A stretch of 64,000 nucleotides of DNA from Hydrolagus colliei. Taxonomy: Eukaryota. The DNA lies in NCBI GenBank assembly GCA_035084275.1, contig CM068749.1:12958001-13022000 (forward strand). The letters are read 5' to 3'. Below the pieces are notes generated by a model that was not told the origin of the DNA, ran no database searches, and was given only the letters and a program-made list of their open reading frames with translations. Of this stretch, positions 52,002-64,000 are shown piece after piece. Numbering within the stretch: the stretch's first letter is position 1; each line of letters begins with the position of its first letter. The position numbers were made by a program, and so were the translations under genes.

Positions 52002-55000
52002 TTGTTAGGAACCCGAGTTGGAAGAAGAGTGGAGAATTGAGTAAGGGAGGAGAGGGGAGACAATTGAAAGCACAGTCAAAGCTCTAAACTTTCAGGTGGG
52101 CTTCAAAAGGGTTGAGGTGGTGGTAATCTTAGCTGGGGTTCCAAAGAACAAGGACAGAAACTCATCCATTGTGGTCAAACAGATCGGGAAGGTCAGTGTT
52201 CCAAAACTCTTGCTCTCTTGTTAAATAATTTGCAAGTCAGTCTCCTTTAGAAGAAACTACGCAGTGTGTGTGGGCTTTTAAACTAAAACAATAATTTCTC
52301 GATGAAAAGGCACATAAAATCCCAGATACTGGAAAAGATTTTGATTTTAAAAATTCTTAAAATAGTTGACATTTTTGATATATTTTGACTGCCCAAGCAT
52401 TGACATTGTTTGAAGTAAACACAATTCAACATTGCCAAAGTATGTCTGGCACTCAAGTGTGAAATTTAGCTAGAAGTGGAGAATGTTTTTCAGTGATCTT
52501 CCAGTTGCTGTGTGGGTGGTTTTCAGAAGGCAGTATTGTGGCAGCTTGATGATTGCACCAGGAAGTTTAACTAACACCGCTGATGAAAGGAATCACTTCC
52601 TAGGTTACTTCAATCAGTGTGGAATGTCATGACAGATTGAGTAGAGAATCATGTTGCTGCTAAGTTTGAGTGTGGTGTGGAACACCACATCACACTCAAA
52701 TTATTAAAGAGTCAGTCACTACAATTTTCAAGGATTGTTGCAATCTTGATCTATGAAAATTCTATTAACTGTCAGTGAAGTGAACTCATACGTTAATGAG
52801 AACTCATTTGCCAGTCTCCATAACTTGGTACTGATGACATTGGTCTATGTTTCACAGACTTTGAAGGCAGTTATGTATTGCTGGTTATTTGATAGCAAAA
52901 CGTTATCCGTTCATATAACTTATAGGTACATTTTTCAATCACTGACATTTGCCAATTGGAAATCAATGTGAAAATCAAGAGTGCAATAAATATAGGGCAT
53001 CCAGGAAGCCTATTGCCCTCTCCTGCTTAATGCTGTTTTGAAAGGGACATCATAGCTGGCACAAAGCCAGTTTGACTGACTCATGTGAAAACAAAACCGA
53101 AAATTACTGGAACAACACTGAAGGAAACTAAAAACCTAAGAAGTGAAAATCTTGGGAGACGATGTTTGAAAAAGGTTTTATGTATAAGAGAGAAGCAAGT
53201 TACAGTATTTTCCCTTCAAATCTTTCAATTGCTTTTCAGACCAAGATAATGGGTGCATACATTCATAAGAGTTGTATTACAGTACACTATATCCAAATAG
53301 TATCCTTAGCTGAACTCTGCTGTTCATCCCTTTCTCTGTCACGGTTACAGTGTGGCACGTAAAGGCAAGTACAACGCACGCTGACTCTGGAGAATGAGCT
53401 TCACAATCATTAAAGTGGTATTTTAATGAACTATTTTCCCATTTATTCACCCCAAATAGCTGGGATAGTGGATGGGTCAGTTTGCACTAGTGGTGCATTT
53501 CCAGCAGATAACGGTGATTGTATCAAATTTGTTTACTCATCAGATTCTTGTTGGAAGCTTAGAATCTTCCATTCTTCGAACACAATAAGAAATATTTTTT
53601 GGCAGGAAGCAGCGTTTTATTGCCACAGATTCATTGTGCTGTGCCTTTGTTCAGAATAAGAATTCTTCAAATTTAAATGTTTCCACTGAGTGGACTTATA
53701 AAGTCACATTGTTTAGAGATTTTCAGGATTCACCTGCACAGAGTATTAACTGATTCCAGTTGGGAAGGAACTGTATGACATTCAGACCATTTTAGCGCTT
53801 CCCCTTCCAATGCTACAAATGAGTCGTGAATCCAAGTACTTCACCATACAATGCAATTTTTGCAGATGTTGCTCTTAAAATAGCCTTTAAATACGGAGAA
53901 AATGTCTGCCGGGTAGTCTGGAAAATAGCCACAGACCCACTCAGAACTGACAGGCTTCAACTGCCTGTTGATTCCTGAACTTGGAATGGTAACTACAATG
54001 CTGATTTTCCAATGCTGGACACACTTGCCAGTAATAATATTTGCATTTGATAAAGCAACTGTAACATCAAAACATCTCAAAAGCACGTCACTAGTGATTG
54101 CTTGAAAGTGCAGTGACTGTGCATTTTGTAGGCAACAATGGCAGCCAATCTGAGGACAGCAATGCCCCATAAGCACCCATGAAACAAACGATTGTTTATC
54201 TTGTTGTCCAAGACACTCTTTTTCAATAAGGTTCAATAGGGTTCCACCTGCATAGCACATCTCAGACCAGTTTCCTCATCCCAGCATGTTAAACTTCTTA
54301 CATGCAAGCAATGAACAACATGTTTTGAAAAATACTTTTGCATACAATTTATTTTTTTGTACTTCTTTTAATAATTTAGAGACTTTATTACCTAATAGAG
54401 CTAAGAGTGAACTTCTTACTGTAAAATTGCAGTAATTGAGCTTAAAACTGGCAATGGTAGTTGGGTCAGTGAAGCCATCAGGGAAAATGTCTGAAACTGC
54501 TGGCCCCAAAGGTTAAACCTTATTGTAATGAAAGCATACCAGTGCTTTTATAAGAGGAGACTTGTAATGAGAAATTATTTTAATAGGAAGGTTGTGTCAT
54601 GAAACTTTGTTGAAATAAAATGATTTAATTAGATGTATTCTGAGATTTGTAATTCACTTCATTTTACAGTGTATAACAATCTTTATCTAAGGGATTGCCT
54701 TTTGTGAGAGTTAACACAATGGATGGAGAGTGCATGAGCAGCTCTCGGTCTTTGGGGATCAGTCCTCTGATGAGCTCCTCCCCACTTGTGTATATAAAGG
54801 AAAACAATAGAATAATTGCATTGGAAAAAATTACTCAGTAATTACAAATAATTGGAAGTTGAGTTGTGTTTTAAAAAAACTTCACTCTACAGCAAGATGA
54901 ATGAGAGAAGGCTTAGTGAAAGCTGTTCACTCATTTCATTCATAATATTAAACGGTTTCCAATAACATTTTATGAGATGGCTAATTTATAAAAGAATTAA

Positions 55001-57529
55001 TATTTTTCAACTCTTCTCAAGTGCATGTCTGGTTCCAGAAGTGCTTGCTGATTACATCCCACTGCGAAAATAACACACTGGAGAATTTTGTAATTGCCTC
55101 ACTTTAGCTACTTAAGTTTCCGAATCCTTTTTTGGAAATACAATAATAAAATTAATTCCAATCAAAGGAGGCACATTTCAAATCTGAATGCTTCTAATTA
55201 ATTGGCCACTTGTCTGCTGTTTGTTTGTCTGTACACATGAATGAGTGAAATCCAATTAGCTGAATCGGATTAACTTAGTGCTTACAAGAGGCTGTTGTGG
55301 TTGCTTTAAGTGAAGTGAATTATAATATGAGAGAGAAATAAAGGAGAGGTTGTCTGTCTCTTGGTGATCCTCTGATGAGTGCTAATGCCCTGTTTATACT
55401 GCTGGAAGTGAAGGGATAGTGTTTCTAGAGCAAAGTGAAGAGGGAAGCTTGATTCCTACTTCCTCACACTATGATGATGGCCATAGGCTCAGAAGCAGTG
55501 TGTGAGCAATTAAAGGCATGTTCAGAACTCTTATGTTCGGTGTAAGTACTTCAGTTTAGATGGACAAAATGATCCCTTAAAATTCTTGAGATGACAAATG
55601 TGTTGCTCAAAATTTCCATGATGCTTTCTGTAGCGAGCCCGTGTTGATAATTGGTATCCATTTTGTTGTTGTTATTGTGCTTATACAGAAGCGATGCAAA
55701 TTAATGAGCTTCTCGAACCAACTACCCATGGAGTTTGTCACTTCAGTGTGATTCACTTCAGGATTGCTCTACTTTGCATTGAGCTCTTTGTGCAATTTTC
55801 CACAAAATTACACAGGGTAGCATCCCAGAGCACTTGACAGTGTTGGAAAATAACTTAGTCTAAGCACAGCATAAACAAACCATTTATTATCTACGGGTCC
55901 TGCCCGCTAGCAACGGGGCTCGTTACAGTAAGTTTCATGCTTACCGTTAGTTTACTGTTTGCTTCCACTGGAGACCTGTCGTGCAGACATGCACGTGTTT
56001 CCACACAGGACAGGGAGATATTAGGTAGGGACCGTGAATAATTGCGTGACAGAATTTGATGAAGTGCAACATTTCTAAAAGAACTTTTTTTTACAGTGAC
56101 ACAGGAGAGTTTTTTTTTACATAAATCATTGCATTTCTAAGGTGGACCCTGGTAATGTAAACAAATTTTGGAAACTTGGAACGGTATGAAACCCAGGAAA
56201 TATTAGTTACTGTTGGCTTCTGGAATTTGATTGTGTTGTGCTTCTATAAATACATTGTACCGATTAATACTGTTAAGAGATATGAACACATAAATAATCA
56301 CAAATTGGCCATCAGGCAGTAGCTAGAATTATATTGAAAAGTTTTTTTTAAAGTAATTGTTTGACTGAAGTCTCAGAAAACAGCAAAGAGAACAATGAGG
56401 ACTGAATATGCCCTCTTACATACTGCTCAGGCCATGTCTACCCAGCACCAAGCAGTGCAGAGAATCAGTTCATCACTTAACTTTCTCTATCAGTTCCTAG
56501 ATACGGAGAAAGGCAATTTAATGTACTGATATGTAATTCAGAGGTAAAACAAGATGCCACTACAGCAAGACGCATTGAAATATTTTGCTCACATCAGCAA
56601 AATAAAAAATATCAAAACAAATTTTTCTGAACAATAAATGAATGGACTTAACTTGATTCAGCAGCCAGTTAGCTTCTCTTTCTTTAGCAACGAGTTCATT
56701 TTTTCTCCTCTAAGCTGTGACAGTGATTTAGAACTAATCTATCTGCTCATGTTTTGTCCGAATCACTAAATGTAATTGTTCTCTGGTAATTGTACTGTAC
56801 TGGAGTCTGTTAGGCTCCTCAGATAGTTTGCTACCCTGTTTTCCTCCTCTAGCTGTATCCAACGCTATTTTTAAGACCTGACATTCATTTTACAGGTATT
56901 GACCTTGAAAGGTTGAAAGGCTTGAGTGGAACCACAGAATTCAAACACTCTGGCACTAAGTTCAGTCAGTAAGCAATTGAATAGAACTTTGCAGCGTAGT
57001 TTCTTCATTGTGGCTCCTTTCTCCTGGCCGAGGGTATTCCGAAATATCGTATTTGGTTGGAATCCTGGTTTCCATGGGACATGCTTATAATAGGATCAAG
57101 CTGCAGCATGATGTATCATTCTCACTATCGTGCCCAGCTTTCCATAACTATAGCACATTCATGTGGCAGTTTGTATGCAGGATTTTATTATGTGGAAATG
57201 CACCAAAATGCTATCTTGGAAATTGCACAAAGGATAGATAACTCAGTGCTTGTGTAAGTTTTATTATGATGATACACTGGGGACAAATGGCGACTGTTTC
57301 CAAGTGTCCACAAGGGAGATTGAGTTATTACTCGGGCTGCCTTCAAATTCATTCCCTCCGCCAGCTCCCAACTAGAATGAGAAAGAATGAAATAATGTTT
57401 GTATTTAAATAAGCCTGAAGAAAGAGAGCAATTTAGATTTTTTTTAAGTGAATAGTATTATGTGGGTTGGATGTACAGTACTTTGTTATTAGGTATTTAA
57501 GGTTTATAAATTTAGACCACACTTTTGGT

Positions 57530-57637
57530 CACCTTTTCCCCCTTCTCCCTGGCTCGGCCCCGGGATCCATTATTGTGAAGCGCTCTGAAACACTGTCCAG
57601 CTTGGAGGGTGCTATATAAATCCGAGTTGTTGTTGCT
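57530..57637 (+). mobile_element. L2 3' end
   Basis: tgtgaagcgctctgaaacactgtccagcttggagggtgctatataaatccgagttgttgttg. The same tail type occurs on the minus strand at about 60078-60130. Confidence 0.75.
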
Positions 57638-58849
57638 ATAATTGGGGACATTGTCTAATCTCAGATTGGCGCAGCACTTGCAAATTGAGGCATAATAATC
57701 CTTCCATTTGATGTAGTGCCTTTCTCAGTAGGTGGACATCTCAAACTACTTTACAGCATTTGCACAATCATTAATAGCGCAATATAATGTGTATTAATCA
57801 TTTCATTGAGCAAAGCAAATTTTGCTTCAACAGGAATCAGACTTTGTTTGAGAAACATGTAACGCAAGGAAATCACACGGGGGAAAGTAAGTGATGTGAT
57901 ACCGGTGATAAATATCACATCACACACCACATTTCTCCTTCCTCCCCCTTTCCCAATATGTTGTGTTTAAAGAGCATTTCCTGTATGGAGTGGTTGCAGT
58001 CTGTTGCTCAGATATAGACATTCGTGCAGGAATTTCCGGTTTCTTCTGCTGCCTCAGATCATGTAATACCAATCCATCCCAGCCCTTGTGCTCACATTTG
58101 TCGTGTATCAGCGTGGGAGACGGAAACAGATGTTCACAAGGACAATACAATTTGTTGTCACCATCAATGCTCAGTGGCATTTATCCCATTTGTAATTGTT
58201 TAAGGTTGGAAAGAATGCAAGGAGTGATTCATGCCTATTAAGAACACCTCTTCATTGTGGGTCGGGTTGGTTGTTTGAGGCGAGTGTTCCCGCTACCAGC
58301 CTTTACTCACGCAGGCAGTAAACAGCCCCTGCAAGCTTTCCAATTTATGAAACATCCACTATTTTTAAACAACAATCAAGTCAGCGGAGAACAAGTTGCA
58401 CTGTGCTTTTCGAGTCTAGATTTTCTTAAAAATCGTAATTGCAATCCGACTGGGTAAATGTTCCCTCTGCTGCTGTCAGAAACGGACTAAGAGCTGGAAT
58501 GCATTTTAAGAGTTCACTTGTGGGAAAATGCTACTGATCTGAAGTCATGTTTGGCTCAGGATTTTCCGAGCTTGATTAGACATTGTTTTACCTTGCTCAG
58601 ACTACCACTTATGGTTCTGTACCGCAGGAACATGTTTGTGGCAGAGTTGGCCACTTTTCCATCTTACACTTTTTCTGAAGTTATTCTCCCTTTAGTCCCA
58701 ATCTTTGGAGCTGCTTTGCTAATTTGAGATGAATTGGCCCAGTCACGTATCTCCCTCAAGCAAGCAGCAAGCTTTCCATGACTCGCTGTAAATCAATTCA
58801 AGGCATTTAAGAATATTTCTGCTTGATAAACGTGAATGTAAATTGTAAA

Positions 58850-58920
58850 CCCCAAGTAGCTCAGTTAGTTGAGCACTGCTTTGAGAAATAATGAATTGTG
58901 TGTTCAAATTCTCATGGGTC
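58850..58920 (+). pseudogene. Decayed tRNA-like / SINE head
   Basis: A-box-like tagctcagttagttgagc and B-box-like gttcaaattc; no intact cloverleaf. Confidence 0.45.
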
Positions 58921-61900
58921 TGTGTAGGCCTTTATTGTTTTGCAAGTGATAAACTGTGTAGCATATCTAAACATATCCTCTGGGTGATGAATTTGGGCTG
59001 AACTGGCTCTTATACTAGTGATACTTCTTGCATTTGATATTGTACCTTTTACATTGAGTGGATGCCTCAAACTGCTTCACAGAATTTACTGTGAAGTGCA
59101 GTGGCTGTAAATTTTGTAGTTGGATGCAAGGCAGATCCAAGCATCTGGAGGTACAGACGTGAGCTCAACCTGATACTGTAATTTGAATAATAAACCTTCA
59201 CTGTAAATGTTTCATATTGGCAGGATATTTTAAAGCTCAGAGTCTTATTGGACAGTGATCTGGCACTTTCTGGGTACATATTTCCTACTAATATACTTGG
59301 GATGATCTAGGGAAATGTATAAATTGCTCCATGCCATTGTGTTACTAATATTTGTGAAAAAACATGAAATTTGTTGCATCCATGTCTGTATTATAAGATT
59401 AATATTCACCAAAACATGCATTGGCATGCAATGGCTCTAAAACGACACAAATAACAAATATATAAAATGTAGGTGATTAATCTACAGCATACGTTATATG
59501 CGCAAGCTCCAAGTAATGTTTGTCCGTGAAATAAATATGGTTTGTTACTTCAGTTAATATACTGTATGTGACAGCACAGTGAGTGAAAGAAGTCATATTG
59601 ACTGATCTGACATCAATTGGATTCAATAAATATAGCCTTATTTCTGCGGCTAGCGGTGTGCGTGCAGTTAAAATAGCTCCCCCAGTATCATGTCTAGCAA
59701 TCCGGCCCTCACTGACCTGTATTTAATTGGCACCATCAACATTGCATGAACACTTTGAAGTACTTCATAGAAATGAAAAGGGAAAGTGAGCAGGAGGAAT
59801 ATTTTCTTTTGAAACGATTTTGAAGGCAAAGTAACTTATTCCACTGACTTCATTGATTTACCAATTGGAAATAATGCAGCCTCAGAAATATGGAGTGTGA
59901 ACTAGTTAACCAAATAGCAGGATTGGGTCTATTTAAATTAGGGATAAAAGTTTACAATTTTGAAGCCAAAGTGGATAATGGTGTGATTTTTACTTTGGTC
60001 TCCCCCAGTCAAAGAGGAATCTACAGCAGTCCTGTTTTTAACCAGATTCTTCCATAGTTCATTTATGTAGATTGATAAATAACAACAATAACAACTTTGA
60101 TTTATATAGCACCCTTCACGCCGGAGGGTGTGGACTTCTCCTGCTGGAATGCAATTGTGACCTTGAAGAAATTTACTAAAACTACTCTCCATCCATTGCA
60201 TTAACTCTCACCTAACGCAATTTTGTACTGGGAGAAATCAGTCTCTTCAAAGTGAATTACAAACTGTTTTTGCAGAAGATTCAGTGGCTAAAGGACTGTA
60301 GAAACAGCCTGGAGTGGGTATTGTGGTTTAGATCTACCATACTAACTGTCCAGGAAAACTTCTGTACATGTAGGTTTAGTTTCAGTTTTTGCAGAAATCC
60401 CGAGTGACAGAAATAGTGTCATCATTCCGTCGTGTGTGCACACAGTGCCTCAGTGCTTGCCTGCTGTCTTTTTGGTAGCAACAATGCCCCTGCAGGAAGC
60501 TGTGTGAAAGTAAAATACTGTTTTACACATTAGTACATTTCTGCTTTAAAATAATGCCTTCCTGAGCTATGTGTGAAATGCTCATCAACTGATTTATTAT
60601 TAAATGGCTGAACAAAGTACATGGATAAATCTTTAACTGAAAAGTGTTTTTTCTTCTTCTATGCAACCAACCCAAAAGAATGGAGCTGCCATGCAGTTGG
60701 TATGTTAATAGAATTATGTTGTAGGGTTAGTGATGGTTGGATCAACATTATAATGGCTCTCAAGGGAACCATAATAACTAAAGAAAGTTACACAAATCAA
60801 GCAACTCCAGGATCCAATGTAGATGCTATTGAACTATTATTATTATAGAATATTAGTCTATAAGACATGAAAGTGACTGCTTAAATTGCCAGCCCCTTTT
60901 GCGGAGGGAGATTTTACAAGGCTAATCCTGCAACTCAATTCACTAATGTTAAAGCTGGCTTTAAAACCCTATTTACACCACAGCTGAATCTATGTGTCTG
61001 ATACCTTCTGAGTCATGGTGAATGTGGAAACATAAGTCTTGCCCAGGCATTGGCTTAGAGTGCAACTCTCACCTTTGGATGCAAGGCTGATAGGAATTCG
61101 ATTGGGTTGGAAAGGAAGTGACAACAGACTAGTGTAAACCATCAATGTGAATGGCTTGTCATGTTCTGCTGCCGAGAGAAACACAAAGCACGTGTCAGGT
61201 TGGTAAATTAACACTGAATTGAAGTGACAACAGTGTAACACGGCAAGGCTGTCTTCATCGTATAATATCCTGATCTGAATCGAATTTGACCGTGTGTAAA
61301 ATGTGCGACTGGCAGTGTGGTCCAGGGTGACATCACATTACAGACTCAAAAAAGCAGGTCAAATGCAGACTTCAGCTTGAGGTCAGTGATGACAATGGTT
61401 TAGTTAACTCTAACACTGAATGGGTTAAATGTCCTCATTGTGCTAAATTTCTGCACCCAGCAATGAGGCTGGATGTAAAAAAAACAGCTGGCTGAAGCTT
61501 TGCAAACGGACCTTAGCTTCTGATTTTGAAATCCTGGCAATAATACTACCTAACCTGCAGTTTGCTTCTAATAGGAGTTAATTATTGAATTTGAGCCAAG
61601 AGATCATCTTATTTACTCACTGACAGTATTTTCCCCCTCGTATCTATGTCACAAAGGTCACTATGTGCAGAACTGACAAACTGCCTTTCAGTGTAGAGAG
61701 TGCTTGTGGCAGAGATTTGTAACTGTGTTCCTGCTCCAGTGGGTTTGAATTATTCCACGGGCCCTCTGTTTTATGTTACAGAGTAGGAAGATGAACAGAG
61801 AGAGAGAGAAAAAAATCCAAGGGCAGGGGATCATCGTGAAGGACGTGGGGAGACAGGTGTAAGGTTAATGACTGTAAAGTGGCTGCTGCTTGATATATAG

Positions 61901-63741
61901 TCTTTGAGCCTGAAGTGGGCATTGGCTTTTAAAAGATATATTATTTCATTTGAGAAGTAGCATTCCAAAGTTCCTGCACTTGTCCACTGATAGATGATCT
62001 GCTGTCCACAATCGGTGATGGCGTGTGAGTTTTGGTTTGGCCTCATCCCATATGTAAAGATTTTGCTGAGCTCCTCAACCGTTTGCATTCCTTTACAATC
62101 TGATGTGTGCAGCCTTGGCAGGGAGCTGCATTTTGTGGTTGCTATTTCAGAACCTGGTGGTAACCATATCTGCTTGATCAGGGAGCCTGGGGGTTTGGGT
62201 GGGGGTGGGGATGAGTCGTTCTCTGTTCATTCATAAATAATGTGGTAACAGGCAAATCAGCAGCCTGTCAAAAAAAAGGAGGAAAACTGTATTGGGTCAG
62301 TTAGTCAAGACATTAAACTTCAAGAGAACTCCCCAAATGTCTAGTATTTGAACCAGATTCACTGGCCATGTCAGCAGTTTGATCCACTTTTGCTTAGTGG
62401 GCTAATCTTAGTACCCACCGATTCTTTAATTTCACATTGCCATTTGTTTCAGTCATTGATTTAATTGTGTAGATTGTTGGTTGGCTGACAGTGAGTCACG
62501 GGGCAGGAACTCCGTCAGCATGTCTGATGATATCATCAGATCCCCACATAAGCAAAGCTCAAAGGATTTATGAATGAGAGCAGAGGGGAGAGGGGATGGG
62601 GGAGGGTCACTGCCAGGCATTTGTTATTCTTTAAGGTCTCAATTTATCAAAATGCACTCCTTATGATGAAATGTTCTCACTGGCTTGCGGTGGGTGAGCA
62701 GAGAAGGAAGGGTCAATGGAGGTGAAAGGGTACTAAACGTCTACCAGGTATAGTAATAATGAGACTCATTGATACAATATTACTGCTAAGATATGGAACA
62801 TCCTGGTTAAATTTCAGCTCAGTGTCACACACGTTTAGTGTAGATGACTAGGTTGACTGATGTTCAGCTCATCCTGATTACTTAGTCGGCTAATATACAC
62901 ATCGGCTGGATGGTAATCAAAGGGAATCCACATCTGCATTCATTTAATGCCACAGGGATTTTAATGACCTGAAGCTCTGATCTGCTGCGGACCCAGATTT
63001 ACACCATGCCTGATCTGGCCAGATTGCCTGCAAGTCAGTTAATTGATCAGTTTTTTTGTGTGAAATTACAACTAGGAATTGATAAATCAGTTGTAATTTA
63101 TATTTAATGTTGCATTATCCAGATATCTCAACTGCAGATTGTAGTGTGATAAACCTGTAGTATGATGGTTTCTGAGCTGTTAATCACCAAGTGTGAAACT
63201 CCCCTAGAGTACAGATTAGTGCATCTTCCACGAACCCAGCACTTTTCCAGTTAATGTCCTCACTCTCACAAATCTTTGGAGCAAATATAGGCTAAAAACT
63301 GAATAAAATTCCCCTAAGACTGAGACAATATATAGTACAAATAATAATAGTAATTTCAAGACTGGTTTCTAATCGTGGTATTTCAGTGAGTGTCATGAAA
63401 TGCTGGACCTGCAATCTTGCAGTTAATGATGCCCTTTGAACCCTTTGCTTTGAGTGATGTCTTGTAATCATTGCTAGATGGCCATTATTCTCCATTTAAT
63501 TGACTAATTGTCAGACCTTAAATTTCTTGCATTTGATTTCCCAGCGCTTCTATTTGTCTCGATGATTTGTTCTCAGCAATGTCTCATTTATATTGGGGAA
63601 GAAATTTGTCACCGGTTCCAGCTTCAGCGGGGTTAGAAGGGAAACAGGATTTATATTTTTCTCTTTGAAATTGCTCTTGCCCAGGAACAACTAAACATAT
63701 GCACAAAGATGCACAACATGCAAAGAATCCCATGATCAATA

Positions 63742-64000
63742 CAACAACGTACACCAACTTGCATTGATATAGCGCCCTTCACACAGGGTATCATGCTTAA
63801 AGTACATTTCTTAAATGTTATGAAAGATTCCAAAATGTGTCCAGATCTGTTAATAACACTAATGAGCTTCCAGTATTGGTTCACTTGCCACTGGTGGTGG
63901 GACAGATTGGGCATGAAGGGGGGGACATGAAACAGGCTAGTGTTTGCTGGGTAAAGGGAGTGTCCAGGTCGGTATGGGTGAAGAAGGTTGCAGAGATAAG
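63742..64000 (-). mobile_element. L2 3' fragments
   Basis: caacttgcattgatatagcgcccttcac tail, and from about 63880 a G-rich reverse complement of the L2 ORF2 end. Confidence 0.6.

Larger units (their letters stand above)
51812..52200 (-). mobile_element. L2 3' fragment interrupted by a Penelope remnant
   Basis: gtgcctttcacatcgaaagaacacttcaaagtgct tail at left; purine-rich L2-like sequence resumes after 52001. Confidence 0.6.

Noticed and set aside
57891-57923. 11-bp inverted repeat GTGATGTGATA..TATCACATCAC
   Set aside because: Close to chance expectation for a window of this size.

Overview
Vertebrate (eukaryotic) genomic DNA, AT-rich and repeat-laden. The repeat content (tRNA-derived SINEs with Deu-domain/L2-type tails, L2 and CR1 LINE 3' fragments, a Penelope terminal repeat) suggests a cartilaginous fish, most plausibly a chimaera such as Callorhinchus; this is an inference. 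The only gene I can support is nr5a2 (LRH-1/FTZ-F1) on the + strand. Visible parts are an N-terminal exon ending at 32213 (..GERDQMPETTR), the second zinc-finger exon 36896-37037 and the large hinge/LBD-start exon 42385-43031, followed by a long intron running past the window end. I could not find the first zinc-finger exon; it probably lies in the 200-N gap at 35925-36124. About 28-37.5 kb is a transposon-free, CpG-richer promoter domain with many microsatellites and long G/C homopolymers. Nearly all other ORFs in the track are spurious or retroposon-derived. I found no convincing new multi-gene system. The most notable observations are an apparently frameshifted, ATG-less nr5a2 N-terminus, a minimal hammerhead ribozyme motif in an intronic Penelope remnant, modular SINE variants, MITEs and a few near-perfect hairpins.
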